Origin: Acidimicrobiia bacterium
Lineage (GTDB): Bacteria; Acidobacteriota; Vicinamibacteria; Vicinamibacterales; UBA2999
DNA length: 64,000 bases
Assembly: GCA_016871275.1 (NCBI GenBank)
Contig: VFZG01000011.1
Coordinates: forward strand, 28,800 to 92,799
Direction of reading: 5' to 3'
Of this stretch, positions 17,512 through 29,171 are shown one piece after another. Made by a program: the position numbers and the translations under genes. Within the stretch, counting starts at the first letter, position 1. Each line of letters begins with the position of its first letter. The notes beneath the pieces were generated by a model. That model was given only the letters and a program-made list of their open reading frames with translations, was not told the origin of the DNA and did no database searches.

Positions 17512-18450
17512 ATGTCAGATCAACGCCTGAAAATCGCCGTATTCATCGATTTCGACAATATTGAGATTGGCGTCAAGACGACGCTGAATGTCCAGTTCGA
17601 CATTGGCGCGGTGCTTGAAGCCGTCAAGGAGCGTGGTGAGGTCGTCACCAAGGTGGCCTATGGCGACTGGAAGCGCTCGGGCGATCACGGGCGCGCGATG
17701 GCGCAGCACGCGGTGCGGCTGGTGCAGCGCGTCATGACGCCCGGCGGCGACAAGAACGGCGCGGACATCAACCTGGCGCTCGATGCGCTGGAAATGGCGT
17801 TCACGCACGCCCACATCAACGCCTTCGTCATCGTTGGCGGCGACAGCGACTTCATCACGCTCGTCGAAAAACTCAAGCAGTACGACCGCAAGGTGTTCGT
17901 GGTTGGCGGCCGCGCGTTCACCAGCCAGGTGATGCAGAAGAACTGCACCGAGTTCATTGCCTACGAAAACATCATTCCCGACCCTTCGACACGCTCAGGG
18001 TCGTCCCGAGCGCAGTCGAGGGACGATCGCGGCCGGCCGCCGAAGCAGGCGAGCAGGCCGGCTGGCCCGCCGGCCGGCCGGCAATCCATTGAGCAGGCCG
18101 AACCTCTTGTAATGCGAGCCCTCAAAGTGCTCGCCGACCGGGAAGTCACGCCGCAACTCGGGCTGCTGAAGAGCACGCTGTTGCAGCTCGACTCGTCGTT
18201 TTCCGAACGGGATTACGGCGCCGGCACGTTCCGCGAATTCGCCGACAAGCTGGCAAAGCAGGGGCTGGTGTCGCTCAAGCACCAGGGTCGCAGCACGCTG
18301 GTGGAATTGCCGGGAGCCAACGAACACGTGACGATGGCGCCGCACCCCGCGCCGGCAGAGGCCGATGCGTCGCTCGGCGACGCCTCGGGTGGTTCCAAGG
18401 GCGCCAGGGCTGTCAAGCGTGCCAATGCCAAGAGCTCAGAACAGCACTGA
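17512..18450 (+). CDS. NYN (LabA-like) ribonuclease-domain protein with C-terminal OST-HTH/LOTUS domain
   Basis: KIAVFIDFDNIEIG and VIVGGDSDFITLVEKLKQYDRKVFVVG (NYN). A low-complexity linker, then LGLLKSTLLQLDSSFSERDYGAGTFREFADKLAKQGLV (OST-HTH-like). Confidence 0.8.
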   Translation: MSDQRLKIAVFIDFDNIEIGVKTTLNVQFDIGAVLEAVKERGEVVTKVAYGDWKRSGDHGRAMAQHAVRLVQRVMTPGGDKNGADINLALDALEMAFTHAHINAFVIVGGDSDFITLVEKLKQYDRKVFVVGGRAFTSQVMQKNCTEFIAYENIIPDPSTRSGSSRAQSRDDRGRPPKQASRPAGPPAGRQSIEQAEPLVMRALKVLADREVTPQLGLLKSTLLQLDSSFSERDYGAGTFREFADKLAKQGLVSLKHQGRSTLVELPGANEHVTMAPHPAPAEADASLGDASGGSKGARAVKRANAKSSEQH

Positions 18451-18507
18451 ACCCCTGGTACTTTTGGAACCCCCGGCACCTTCGGACCCTTTATACTTTT
18501 TCGCGTA

Positions 18508-20409
<1,902 letters not shown>

Positions 20410-20426
20410 CGATACAATCGAACGGT

Positions 20427-21827
20427 TTGTCTGAGGTCGCGGCACAGAAGAAGTCCCCGTACGATCGGTCGCTCGTGGAAGGCCCCATCGGACCCGCCGT
20501 CTGGAAGCTGGCGTGGCCGACCATGCTCCAGAACGTCATCGCCGGCCTCCAGGGCCTGATCGACCACGTGCTCGTCGGCAACCTCCTCGGCTACGCCGCC
20601 AACGCCGCCATCGGCGTCAGTTGGCAGATCTTCCTCGTGGTCATTGTCTTCATGGCGTCGCTGTTCACCGGCCAGGCGGTTCTGGTGGCGCGCTACGTCG
20701 GCGCCGGCGACGTCGAGCGCGTCAACCGGACCGTCCAGCAGGCCATTCTCACCGCGCTCGCGATGTACCTGGTGCTGGCGCCGTTCGGCTACTTCGCTGC
20801 GCCGATGCTGCTGGATTTCGCCAACACCTCGCCCGAAGTGCGCGATCTCGCGCTGCCGTTCCTGCGCGTCAACTTCACCTTCAGCATCGGCCTGCTGATG
20901 TTCTTCATGCTGACGTCGGCGCTGCGCGCCGCCGGTGACGCGCGCACGCCGATGCGCCTCGGCATCGCGATGACGATTCTCAACGTGGTGCTGAACATCA
21001 TTCTGATTCGCGGCCTGGGCCCGATTCCGGCGCTCGGCACGATGGGCTCGGCGCTCGGCACGATGATCGCGTCGGGCACGGTCAGCGCGTTTGCGCTCTA
21101 CCGGCTGCTGAAGGGCCGGCTGGTCATCAAGCTGTCGCGGCACATGGATTGGCGCCCCGACTGGACGATCATCCGCTCGCTGTTTCGGTTCGGCCTGCCG
21201 ACCGGCGTGCAGGGCATCGCCATGAACATCGCCGGCGTCATGCTGCTGCGCTTCATCGGCTCGCTCGAGCAGAGCGCCGCAGCGCAGGGCGCCTACGCGA
21301 TTGGCTACACCGAGCTGTTCTCGCTGATTACCTGGACGTCGGTGGGATTGACGGGTGCCGCGGCGACGATTGCCGGGCAGAACCTCGGCGCCGGCCATCC
21401 CGAACGGGTCGTGCAGGGCGTGCACACCGCTTCGAAGATCGGGTTGTGGGTCGCCGCCGGCGTCGGCTTCACGTTCGTCGCCTTCCCAGGCGCGCTGCTC
21501 TGGCTGTTCGGCGCGACCGATCCCGCGGTCACGACCATCGGCCGGCAGCTGCTGCAGTATCTCGCGCTGTCTGGCTTCTTCATCACAGTGGCGCTGACCT
21601 ACACCGGCGGGTTGCAAGGCACCGGTGACACGCGCAGCCCGCTGTTCATCACGCTGGCGTCACAGGTCGCGGTGCCGATCGGCATGTGTACGGCGATCCA
21701 GGCGACTCGCCAGCTTCAGCCGGGCGACATCTGGCTGGCGATCGTGCTGGGGCATTTCACACGCTGTGTGCTGACCGTGGCCAGGTTCCGCCAGGGCAAG
21801 TGGCGCAATATGGCCGTCGCCCACTAA
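20427..21827 (+). CDS. MATE family efflux transporter
   Basis: 12-TM pattern and N-terminal VWKLAWPTMLQNVIAGLQGLIDHVLVGNL. The track ORF start (20244) lies inside the topoisomerase gene. TTG 20427 is the first start after its stop (GTG near 20472 is an alternative). Confidence 0.8.
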   Translation: MSEVAAQKKSPYDRSLVEGPIGPAVWKLAWPTMLQNVIAGLQGLIDHVLVGNLLGYAANAAIGVSWQIFLVVIVFMASLFTGQAVLVARYVGAGDVERVNRTVQQAILTALAMYLVLAPFGYFAAPMLLDFANTSPEVRDLALPFLRVNFTFSIGLLMFFMLTSALRAAGDARTPMRLGIAMTILNVVLNIILIRGLGPIPALGTMGSALGTMIASGTVSAFALYRLLKGRLVIKLSRHMDWRPDWTIIRSLFRFGLPTGVQGIAMNIAGVMLLRFIGSLEQSAAAQGAYAIGYTELFSLITWTSVGLTGAAATIAGQNLGAGHPERVVQGVHTASKIGLWVAAGVGFTFVAFPGALLWLFGATDPAVTTIGRQLLQYLALSGFFITVALTYTGGLQGTGDTRSPLFITLASQVAVPIGMCTAIQATRQLQPGDIWLAIVLGHFTRCVLTVARFRQGKWRNMAVAH

Positions 21828-21914
21828 TGAGGAATCACCCAATCGTCAATGTCAGGCGGCGCGACACGCGGAGGTACAATGGCAGGTCGTCATCGTTCAC
21901 AGAGGAACTGTCAT

Positions 21915-23549
21915 ATGCCAGATGTATTTGCCGGCCGTCGCCGTGTGCCGCGGCCCGAGAACGACCCCAACCTTTCGTACGCGCCGGGCACGCCCGCCCG
22001 AACCGAGCTCAAGGCCCGCCTGGCCTCCATGGCAGCCGAGACCGTCGACATCCCGATCATCATTGGCGGCAAGGAGATACGGACGGGCGCGACCGCAAAG
22101 GTCGTGATGCCCCACAAACACGGCCACGTGCTCGGCCACTTCCATAAGGCGACCGAGGAGCACGTCCGTCAGGCCGCTGCTGCCGCCGTCAAAGCCCGCC
22201 GGGAATGGTCGAGCTGGTCGTTCGACGATCGCGCCGCCGTGTTCCTCCGCGCCGCGGAGCTGCTGACCACCACCTGGCGTTCCACGGTCGTGGCGGCCAC
22301 GATGCTCGGCCAGTCGAAAACGGCGTTCCAGGCGGAGATCGATGCCGCCTCCGAGCTGGTCGACTTCTGGCGATTCAACGCCGCCTTCGGCCAGGAACTG
22401 CTCGCTGAACAGCCGGACAGCAGCCACACCGTCTGGAACCAGATGGAATACCGGCCGCTCGAGGGATTCGTCTACGCCGTGTCGCCGTTCAACTTCACGG
22501 CGATTGGCGGCAACCTGGCCGGCGCTCCGGCGCTGATGGGCAACGCGGTGGTCTGGAAGCCTGCCAGCACCTCGATGCTGAGCGCCTACTACGTGATGCG
22601 CCTGCTCGAGACCGCGGGCCTGCCGCCGGGCGTGATCAGCTTCGTCCCTGGTGATGCCGCATCGATTTCAAACGTCGTGCTCGACCATCCCGATCTCGCC
22701 GGCATTCACTTCACCGGCAGCACCGGCGTGTTCAACGGCATGTGGCAGAAGGTCGGCCAGAACCTTGGCAAATACCGCGGCTACCCGCGGCTGGTCGGCG
22801 AAACCGGCGGCAAGGACTTCATCGTCGTGCACGCGTCGGCGGATCCTCAGGAGGTTGCGGTCGCCGCGGTTCGCGGCGCCTTCGAGTACCAGGGCCAGAA
22901 GTGCTCTGCGGCCAGCCGGATGTACGTGCCGAAGTCGCGGTGGAACGACATTCGCGATCGGATGGTCGCGATGATGCAGGAGATCAAGGTCGGCGACGTG
23001 CGCGACTTCCGTAACTTCATGGGCGCGGTGATCGACAGGAAGTCGTTCGACAAGGTCAGCGGCTACATTGACGACGGCAGGAAGAACGCGAAGGTGATTG
23101 TCGGCGGCGGCTGTCAGGGCGATGAGGGCTACTTCATCGAGCCGACGCTCGTCGAGTCGGCGGATCCGAACTATCGCCTCCTCTGCGAAGAAATCTTCGG
23201 GCCGGTGCTGTCGGTCTATGCGTATGACGATGCGAAGTGGAGCGAGACGCTCGATATCGTGGATCGCACCTCACCGTACGCGCTGACCGGCGCAGTGTTC
23301 GCCAGGGATCGCGGCGCCGTCATCGAAGCGGCGTCGGCGCTGCGCAACGCGGCCGGCAACTTCTATATCAACGACAAGCCGACCGGGGCGGTTGTGGGCC
23401 AGCAGCCGTTTGGCGGCGCACGCGTGTCGGGCACGAACGACAAGGCCGGCTCGAAGATGAACCTGATTCGCTGGGTGAGCGCCCGGACGGTGAAGGAGAA
23501 CTTCGCACCGCCAACGGATTTCAAGTATCCGTATATGGCAGAAGAGTAG
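21915..23549 (+). CDS. pruA: L-glutamate gamma-semialdehyde (1-pyrroline-5-carboxylate) dehydrogenase
   Basis: Aldehyde dehydrogenase superfamily (VGETGGKDF, EYQGQKCSAASR catalytic Cys, EEIFGPV) with the long PruA-type N-terminus. ATG 21915 is preceded by GAGGA. Confidence 0.85.
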   Translation: MPDVFAGRRRVPRPENDPNLSYAPGTPARTELKARLASMAAETVDIPIIIGGKEIRTGATAKVVMPHKHGHVLGHFHKATEEHVRQAAAAAVKARREWSSWSFDDRAAVFLRAAELLTTTWRSTVVAATMLGQSKTAFQAEIDAASELVDFWRFNAAFGQELLAEQPDSSHTVWNQMEYRPLEGFVYAVSPFNFTAIGGNLAGAPALMGNAVVWKPASTSMLSAYYVMRLLETAGLPPGVISFVPGDAASISNVVLDHPDLAGIHFTGSTGVFNGMWQKVGQNLGKYRGYPRLVGETGGKDFIVVHASADPQEVAVAAVRGAFEYQGQKCSAASRMYVPKSRWNDIRDRMVAMMQEIKVGDVRDFRNFMGAVIDRKSFDKVSGYIDDGRKNAKVIVGGGCQGDEGYFIEPTLVESADPNYRLLCEEIFGPVLSVYAYDDAKWSETLDIVDRTSPYALTGAVFARDRGAVIEAASALRNAAGNFYINDKPTGAVVGQQPFGGARVSGTNDKAGSKMNLIRWVSARTVKENFAPPTDFKYPYMAEE

Positions 23550-23674
23550 AAGCGTCGCGTCCTTTACACTTTCGTAATCGGCTGACTCGGAACGGCACAC
23601 TCGCGACGCGATCAGAACCCTCCGCAGGAGCCGAACTGATGGGCAGTCAACACCTTAGCCGTTGAACTCAGCGG

Positions 23675-23690
23675 TGGTCTGCGTCTTGCT
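23675..23690 (+). promoter_or_regulatory. Sigma-54-like -24/-12 element TGGTCTGCGTCTTGCT
   Basis: TGG-N9-TTGC spacing matches TGGCACG-N4-TTGCW. The -12 GC is about 12 nt before ATG 23702, which would imply a leaderless pilin mRNA. Confidence 0.25.
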
Positions 23691-23701
23691 GTCTGGGAGG
23701 C

Positions 23702-24187
23702 ATGCTCTCAGGGCGCGGCTTCACGTTCTTCGAGCTGCTGGTCGTCATGGCGCTGATCACCGTCGTCAGCGCCATCGCCGTGCCCGTGCTGATGGAGGGC
23801 ACCACCCGCAACCAGGTGTGGACGGCGTCGGAGATGATCGGCGCGCAGATTCGCCAGGCTCGCCTCAAGGCGATCAGCCGCAACATGTCGTTCCGGGTGC
23901 GGTTCAATTGCCCGGCCGCCGGCCAGCTTCGAGTCCTCAGGGTGACCGGCGACGGCACCATCGACAACGCCGACGATCGCTGTGACGACACGCTCGAATA
24001 CGACAGTGGCATCTACCAGATGCCGGGCAACGTCTCGTATGGCGACAGCCCGCCGACGCTGACGGTCAACAGCCGCGGCGTGTTCACATCGACCGGCAGC
24101 ATTCCGGCCGTCTTGACCGTCAGCTCCGGCACATCATCGCGTTCGATGCACGTCTCAGGCACCGGGCAGATTGCCTTCTATGAATGA
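23702..24187 (+). CDS. Type IV minor pilin / pseudopilin (FimT/GspH-like)
   Basis: Prepilin leader and methylation motif MLSGRG/FTFFELLVVMALI. Confidence 0.75.
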   Translation: MLSGRGFTFFELLVVMALITVVSAIAVPVLMEGTTRNQVWTASEMIGAQIRQARLKAISRNMSFRVRFNCPAAGQLRVLRVTGDGTIDNADDRCDDTLEYDSGIYQMPGNVSYGDSPPTLTVNSRGVFTSTGSIPAVLTVSSGTSSRSMHVSGTGQIAFYE

Positions 24188-24590
24188 CGAACGCGGTTTC
24201 ACGCTGGTCGAAGTGCTGTTCGCGATGGTGATTCTCACCGTCGCGCTGGTCTCCCTGGCGGAGCTGATGGCCATCACGCTGCGCATGCAGATGATGGGCA
24301 GGAACGACACGGCGGCGGTTCGCCTGGCGCAGTCGAAGCTCGACGAGCTGGTGGCGGTGGACTTCGACGCGGCTGGGTCGAAGGCGTCCATCGGCGGCGA
24401 CCTCGATGAAGACGCGGATGGCTACCACGATGTGCCAGCCGACACGGTCGGTTTCACGCGCCGCTGGAAGATTGAAGCGATTGCCGGCGAGACCCGAGTG
24501 CGGTTGTTGACGGTGAGGCTGATTCCCGACGTGGTCGATCGGCGCACGACGTCGCCGATTGAGCTGGTCACCATCATCCGTGATCCGTAG
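24180..24590 (+). CDS. Type IV minor pilin (PilV-like)
   Basis: MNDERG/FTLVEVLFAMVIL. ATG 24180 overlaps the upstream stop. Confidence 0.7.
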   Translation: MNDERGFTLVEVLFAMVILTVALVSLAELMAITLRMQMMGRNDTAAVRLAQSKLDELVAVDFDAAGSKASIGGDLDEDADGYHDVPADTVGFTRRWKIEAIAGETRVRLLTVRLIPDVVDRRTTSPIELVTIIRDP

Positions 24591-24592
24591 CC

Positions 24593-25264
24593 ATGACCAA
24601 CCCCATTGCACGCGTGCGTGAGGAGAACGGCTTCTCGCTGATGGAGCTGATGGTGGCGTCGGTGTGCACGACCATCGTGCTCGGCGGGGCGGTGGCGTTG
24701 ACCTCGCAGATCCAGAACGGCTACCGCCGGCAAATGGAAGATGCGGTGGGCGAACAGGAAGCCCGCTACGCGCTGGAGTGGATCAGCCGCTATCTCCGCG
24801 GCGCCGGCAACAACCCGTTCGGCGCCGCCGTTTCGGACTGCCCATCGTCGGCCACCGCGTTCGAAGGCATCATCCCGAACCCCGATGGCGACTCGGCCAG
24901 CGACGATATTACGCTGCAGAGCGATTCGAATCCGGCCGACGGGTTGATCGGCGGCGCCAGTCCCGACTGCGACCAGTCCGGCGAGCACGTGACGATTTCC
25001 TACGACAGCGCCACCCGGACCATCACCTTCCTCGACAATGCGGAGGCCACCGCCACGTCGCGCACCGATGCGGTGATCGACGGCCTCGAGTTCGTTTACA
25101 AGGATTCGGATGGCGACGAGCTGGCGTTCGACGGCGAAAGCACCGGCGACAACGCCTACTACGTGGAAGTGCGAATCACGATCAGGACCAGGACGATCAA
25201 CGCCGCCACTGGCAATCCCGACACCCGCATCCTGTCGTCGGAAGTCAGGGTGAGAGAACGATGA
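24593..25264 (+). CDS. Type IV minor pilin (PilW-like)
   Basis: MTNPIARVREENG/FSLMELMVA prepilin motif. Starts 2 nt after the upstream stop. Confidence 0.65.
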   Translation: MTNPIARVREENGFSLMELMVASVCTTIVLGGAVALTSQIQNGYRRQMEDAVGEQEARYALEWISRYLRGAGNNPFGAAVSDCPSSATAFEGIIPNPDGDSASDDITLQSDSNPADGLIGGASPDCDQSGEHVTISYDSATRTITFLDNAEATATSRTDAVIDGLEFVYKDSDGDELAFDGESTGDNAYYVEVRITIRTRTINAATGNPDTRILSSEVRVRER

Positions 25265-26721
25265 ACAACCAGCCGCCGGCGCACCAATCGTCCGAGCGCG
25301 GCATCGCGCTCGTCGTGGTGCTTCTGATGATGGCGGTGCTGTCCGGATTGGCCACCGGCTTGGCGATGAACGGCAACGTCGAAGTGCAGATGGCCACCAA
25401 CGAAGTCCACCACGCGGGGGCGCGCGCCGCCGCCGAGGCCGGACTGAATCGCGCCATCGTCGAAGTGGTGGCCATCAACGACAACGTGACCGACCTGCTG
25501 GCTGGCGCCGACGGTGCGTTTGACGAAAACGACGACGCCGCCGCCGTCAACGAGGACAACGGCCAGCTCGATGGCTACCTTGGTGCCCCAGGACCGCACG
25601 CCCTCGGGTCCTCCGGCGATTACACCTTCGACGTGGAGATTCTCGACGATGATGATCCCGATCTGTATCCGGAGCTCACCTCGAGTGAAATGACCGCGCT
25701 GGCGGCGGCGGCGTCGGAAGACGACAACGCGTATACCGATACCAACAACAAGCTCATTCTGCGGGCGACGGGCTACGGACCCAAGGACACCATCGTCCAC
25801 CTGTCGCGTGTCATCGAAATCACCGTCTCGACCCAGGAGAGCCAGGAAGAACATACGGCGCTGTCAAATCCGGCGATCCTGGTCGATGGCGACCTCACCA
25901 TTTCCGGCAACATTTCTCTGTTGGGCGATCAGGGCAACGTGCACGCCAACGGCGACATGACGCTCAACGGCAACGCGGCCGACGTCGAAGGCGACGCGAC
26001 CGCGAGCGGCACCTTCACGCACAACCAGAACTGGGAAGCGGGCGGTGAAATGGGCGGCGGACGGCCGACCATCAACGTGCCGAATGTCTCGGCGGCTGAG
26101 TACGAGGGCCTGGCCGACTACAAGATCAGCGCCAACAGCGGCGGCCAGATACAGATCTTCGCGCGCACCGGCAGCGCCTGGAGTACAACAGCGCTGTGCA
26201 CCTCCAAATGCAGCGCCTATGGGTGGACCGGTAGCGGCAGCACCTTCAGCGTCGCGGGCAGCGCGGTGACCGCGGGCACGTATTACGTCGAAGGCAACGT
26301 CTCGATTTCCGGCAACCCCGGGAAGAAGGGCGGAGCAATCGCGCTGTCCTTGATCTCGACCGGTTCGATCAAGATCAGCGGCACGCCGAAGTTCACGCCG
26401 GAAAACGAGTCCAAAATTCAGTTCGTCACCGACCAGGACCTGGTCATCTCCGGCAACGTCGACCTTGACGATCCGACGTCGGTCGAAGGCCAGATCCTGG
26501 TTCGCGAGCAGATGGTCATCTCCGGCAACCCTGAGTTTCAGGGTCGCATCATCGTCAAGAACCAGACCAGCACCAGCGGCAGCGCGGCGTCATCGAACAC
26601 CATTTCCGGCAACCCGACGATCACCTACAACGGGACGCTCGGCGAGATCGAAACGGTTTGGTATGAGGATACGTCGACCCAGACGAAGACCTACAACGTC
26701 ACGGGTTGGATGGAGCGATAG
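25261..26721 (+). CDS. PilX-like pilus protein with large beta-helical C-terminal extension
   Basis: ATG 25261 (ATGA overlap with the upstream stop). ERGIALVVVLLMMAVLSGL...NEVHHAGARAAAEAGLNRAI is a PilX N-terminal signature. Repeated xSGN/GD turns follow (LTISGNISLLGDQGNVHANGDMTLNGNAADVEGDA, VISGNVDL, VISGNPEF, ISGNPTI). Confidence 0.65.
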   Translation: MNNQPPAHQSSERGIALVVVLLMMAVLSGLATGLAMNGNVEVQMATNEVHHAGARAAAEAGLNRAIVEVVAINDNVTDLLAGADGAFDENDDAAAVNEDNGQLDGYLGAPGPHALGSSGDYTFDVEILDDDDPDLYPELTSSEMTALAAAASEDDNAYTDTNNKLILRATGYGPKDTIVHLSRVIEITVSTQESQEEHTALSNPAILVDGDLTISGNISLLGDQGNVHANGDMTLNGNAADVEGDATASGTFTHNQNWEAGGEMGGGRPTINVPNVSAAEYEGLADYKISANSGGQIQIFARTGSAWSTTALCTSKCSAYGWTGSGSTFSVAGSAVTAGTYYVEGNVSISGNPGKKGGAIALSLISTGSIKISGTPKFTPENESKIQFVTDQDLVISGNVDLDDPTSVEGQILVREQMVISGNPEFQGRIIVKNQTSTSGSAASSNTISGNPTITYNGTLGEIETVWYEDTSTQTKTYNVTGWMER

Positions 26722-26722
26722 C

Positions 26723-27157
26723 GTGCGTCTGGCGGCATTGATCGTCTCGGCAATGTTGTGGGCGTCGGCCACGGCCGCCCAGGAGCCCGCGCTGCCGCTT
26801 GGCGACATTGCGCGGAAGGCCGGACAGGATCGGGCAGCCGCCAAGAGGGCGACGAAGGTGTACACGAACGCGAGCCTGACTCCCGATCCGCAGGCCACGT
26901 TGTCGGAAGGCCATTGGCGCGGCCGTGCCAACACCCTGCGCGTACAGATCGAGGACTTCCAGAAACGGCTCGACGTGTTGCGCCGTCCCAGCGTGCGTAG
27001 CGAGGCCGCCGAGGCACGCAACGCCGCCGCCGTCGCCAGGCTGCAGCTCAATCTCGATCGCGTGATGCAGCAGTGGACCGAGCTCGAAGAGGCCGCAGAC
27101 GTGGCGAAGGTCCCTACCGAGTGGCTGGATCCGCACCCGCCACAAAACTCTCGGTGA
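26723..27157 (+). CDS. Small secreted coiled-coil protein, last gene of the pilin operon
   Basis: GTG 26723 lies 2 nt after the upstream stop. Signal peptide VRLAALIVSAMLWASATAAQ. No recognisable family. Confidence 0.4.
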   Translation: MRLAALIVSAMLWASATAAQEPALPLGDIARKAGQDRAAAKRATKVYTNASLTPDPQATLSEGHWRGRANTLRVQIEDFQKRLDVLRRPSVRSEAAEARNAAAVARLQLNLDRVMQQWTELEEAADVAKVPTEWLDPHPPQNSR

Positions 27158-28175
27158 ACAGCGCCGGCATGCCGCCGGTGTGCAGGAACACGATGGTCTC
27201 GCAGGCCTCAACCTCGCCCGATCGCACATGGGCCATTAACGCTCCCATCGCCTTCGATGTGTAGCAGGGGTCGAGCAGGATCGCTTCAGTCTTCGCCAGC
27301 AGCGCGATTGCCTCGAGCGCTGCCGTTGTGGGGATGCCGTAACCTTCGCCGATGAAGCCCTGATCGGTGAAGAGCTCGCTCAAATCCAGCCGTTCCGGCA
27401 ACCCGAGCCGCGCCGCCGCCTCGTTACCAATCCGCCTGGCCCGCTCGATCTTTTCCGGTTCGCCCGCGCTCACGGCGACACCGTAGACGCGATACGTCGC
27501 CTCCGCAAGGCGGGCGCCCAGCGCCAGCCCGGCCTGCGTGCCACGTGAGCCGCTCGCGTAATACAGGCGGCTTGGTGCGAGGCCGGCGTCGGCAAGCTGA
27601 TCGACCAGTTCCGCCGACCCGCCAAGGTAGCCGCAGACGCCGACACCGCTCGAGCCGCCGACTGGAATCACGTACGGAGTCCATCCCGCAGCCCGTTCTT
27701 CCTCGACGACCCGCGCCACCACCGCTTCGTCCTTCCCGACGGCGAGCATGGGATCGATCGACGGGACGAGCCGGATGTCGGCGCCGTACAACTTGTCGAG
27801 CAGCAGGTTGCCGGCCACCGCCGGCCGCTCGGTGGTCGAGGTGAGCACCAGCACGCATCGCAGGCCCGCCACACACGCCGCCGCCGCGGTCATGCGCGCG
27901 TGATTGGACTGGACCGCGCCCGTCGTGATCAGCGTCGTCGCACCCAGGCTCAGCGCATCCGCCACCAGGTACTCCAGCTTGCGGGCCTTGTTGCCGCCCA
28001 GGCCCAACGAGGTCAGGTCGTCGCGTTTGATGAGGATCCTCGGGCATCGACCCGGCCCGCCGAGCGCATCGCGAAACCGCGACGCTTCCTGAAGCGGCGT
28101 CGGCAGAATGGTCAGCGTCGTGCGGGGCTGCCGGGCGAGCGCGGCTCTCACCCTCGCGGTTGCGGCGGTGCTCAT
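27114..28175 (-). CDS. PLP-dependent D-cysteine desulfhydrase / ACC deaminase family enzyme
   Basis: ILIKRDDLTSLGLGGNKARKLEYLVADALSLGATTLITTGAVQSNHARMTAAAA is collinear with DcyD/AcdS. Confidence 0.85.
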   Translation of the reverse strand: MSTAATARVRAALARQPRTTLTILPTPLQEASRFRDALGGPGRCPRILIKRDDLTSLGLGGNKARKLEYLVADALSLGATTLITTGAVQSNHARMTAAAACVAGLRCVLVLTSTTERPAVAGNLLLDKLYGADIRLVPSIDPMLAVGKDEAVVARVVEEERAAGWTPYVIPVGGSSGVGVCGYLGGSAELVDQLADAGLAPSRLYYASGSRGTQAGLALGARLAEATYRVYGVAVSAGEPEKIERARRIGNEAAARLGLPERLDLSELFTDQGFIGEGYGIPTTAALEAIALLAKTEAILLDPCYTSKAMGALMAHVRSGEVEACETIVFLHTGGMPALFTESFVAGADPATR

Positions 28176-29095
28176 ACCGGTAAAGCTATCGCGGCTGCGA
28201 GCGTGCGCATGTCATCAGGCAAAGGGGCCTCGATCGTCAGTTCGCGTCCGGTTCGCGGTTGCCGAAACCTCACGCGCCAGGAGTGCAGCGCCTGCCGGGG
28301 GAATCGAGGCTCTGCCGCTCCGTCGCCATAGACCGCATCACCGACAATCGGCCACCGCCTGGCGGCGAGGTGGACGCGAAGCTGATGCGTCCGGCCGGTG
28401 ATCAGCCGGCACCGCAGCAACGAGAATCCATTGGCGGTGGACACGCGCTCGTACTTGGTGACCGACGGTTGTCCGCCACGGTCGGTCACGGTCACACGCC
28501 GTCGGTCCCACGGGTCGCGATCGATCGCCAGGTCAATGGTCCCCTTCGGCGGAGAGACCTTGCCGCGCACGATCGCGAGGTAGTCCTTGTCGATGCGCCG
28601 CGCGGCCATGGCTCGTTGCAGTGCGGCGTGAATGTCGGTGCGCTTCGAAACCAGCACCACGCCCGACGTCTGCTTGTCCAGTCGACCAACCAGCGCCGGC
28701 GTTGAGCCTGCCGGCCAGGTTCGCGCGCGCTCGAGCAGTCCGTTGATCAAGGTGCCGCCGGCCTGCCGGTACGACGGGTGCACGACAATGCCGGCAGGCT
28801 TGTTCACCGCCAGCAAGTCATCGTCTTCATAGAGCACATCGATTGGCAGCGCTTCTGCGCGAGGTCGCTCGCGTTTCGGCACGTCGTCGACCCTCACGCG
28901 CAGCTCATCGCCATCCTGCACGCGCCAGGCCGATCGCGCCGGCGGCGAGCCGTTGATCAGCACATTGCCGGCATCGATCCACTTCTGGATACGATTGCGC
29001 GAGACGCCCTTCTCGTCCCGCAGGTGCCGCCGCAGGACCAGGTCGACACGCCGGCCATGATCGCCGCGGTCGAGGCGCAGCGTTCGCCATTCCAC
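28172..29095 (-). CDS. rluD: 23S rRNA pseudouridine synthase, RluA/RluD family
   Basis: S4 domain (RVDLVLRRHL...SRNRIQKWIDAGNVLING). Catalytic region LLAVNKPAGIVVHPS and VGRLDKQTSGVVLVSK. Start is uncertain: GTG 29095 is proposed because the longer track ORF runs over a GNAT remnant. Confidence 0.8.
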   Translation of the reverse strand: MEWRTLRLDRGDHGRRVDLVLRRHLRDEKGVSRNRIQKWIDAGNVLINGSPPARSAWRVQDGDELRVRVDDVPKRERPRAEALPIDVLYEDDDLLAVNKPAGIVVHPSYRQAGGTLINGLLERARTWPAGSTPALVGRLDKQTSGVVLVSKRTDIHAALQRAMAARRIDKDYLAIVRGKVSPPKGTIDLAIDRDPWDRRRVTVTDRGGQPSVTKYERVSTANGFSLLRCRLITGRTHQLRVHLAARRWPIVGDAVYGDGAAEPRFPRQALHSWRVRFRQPRTGRELTIEAPLPDDMRTLAAAIALPV

Positions 29096-29171
29096 ATCCG
29101 GCAGTGTACTGGAAAGAAAACGGTCCGGTCGCCCCTGGACAAGCGGCCGGATCAACGTCAGCTGACGAAAC

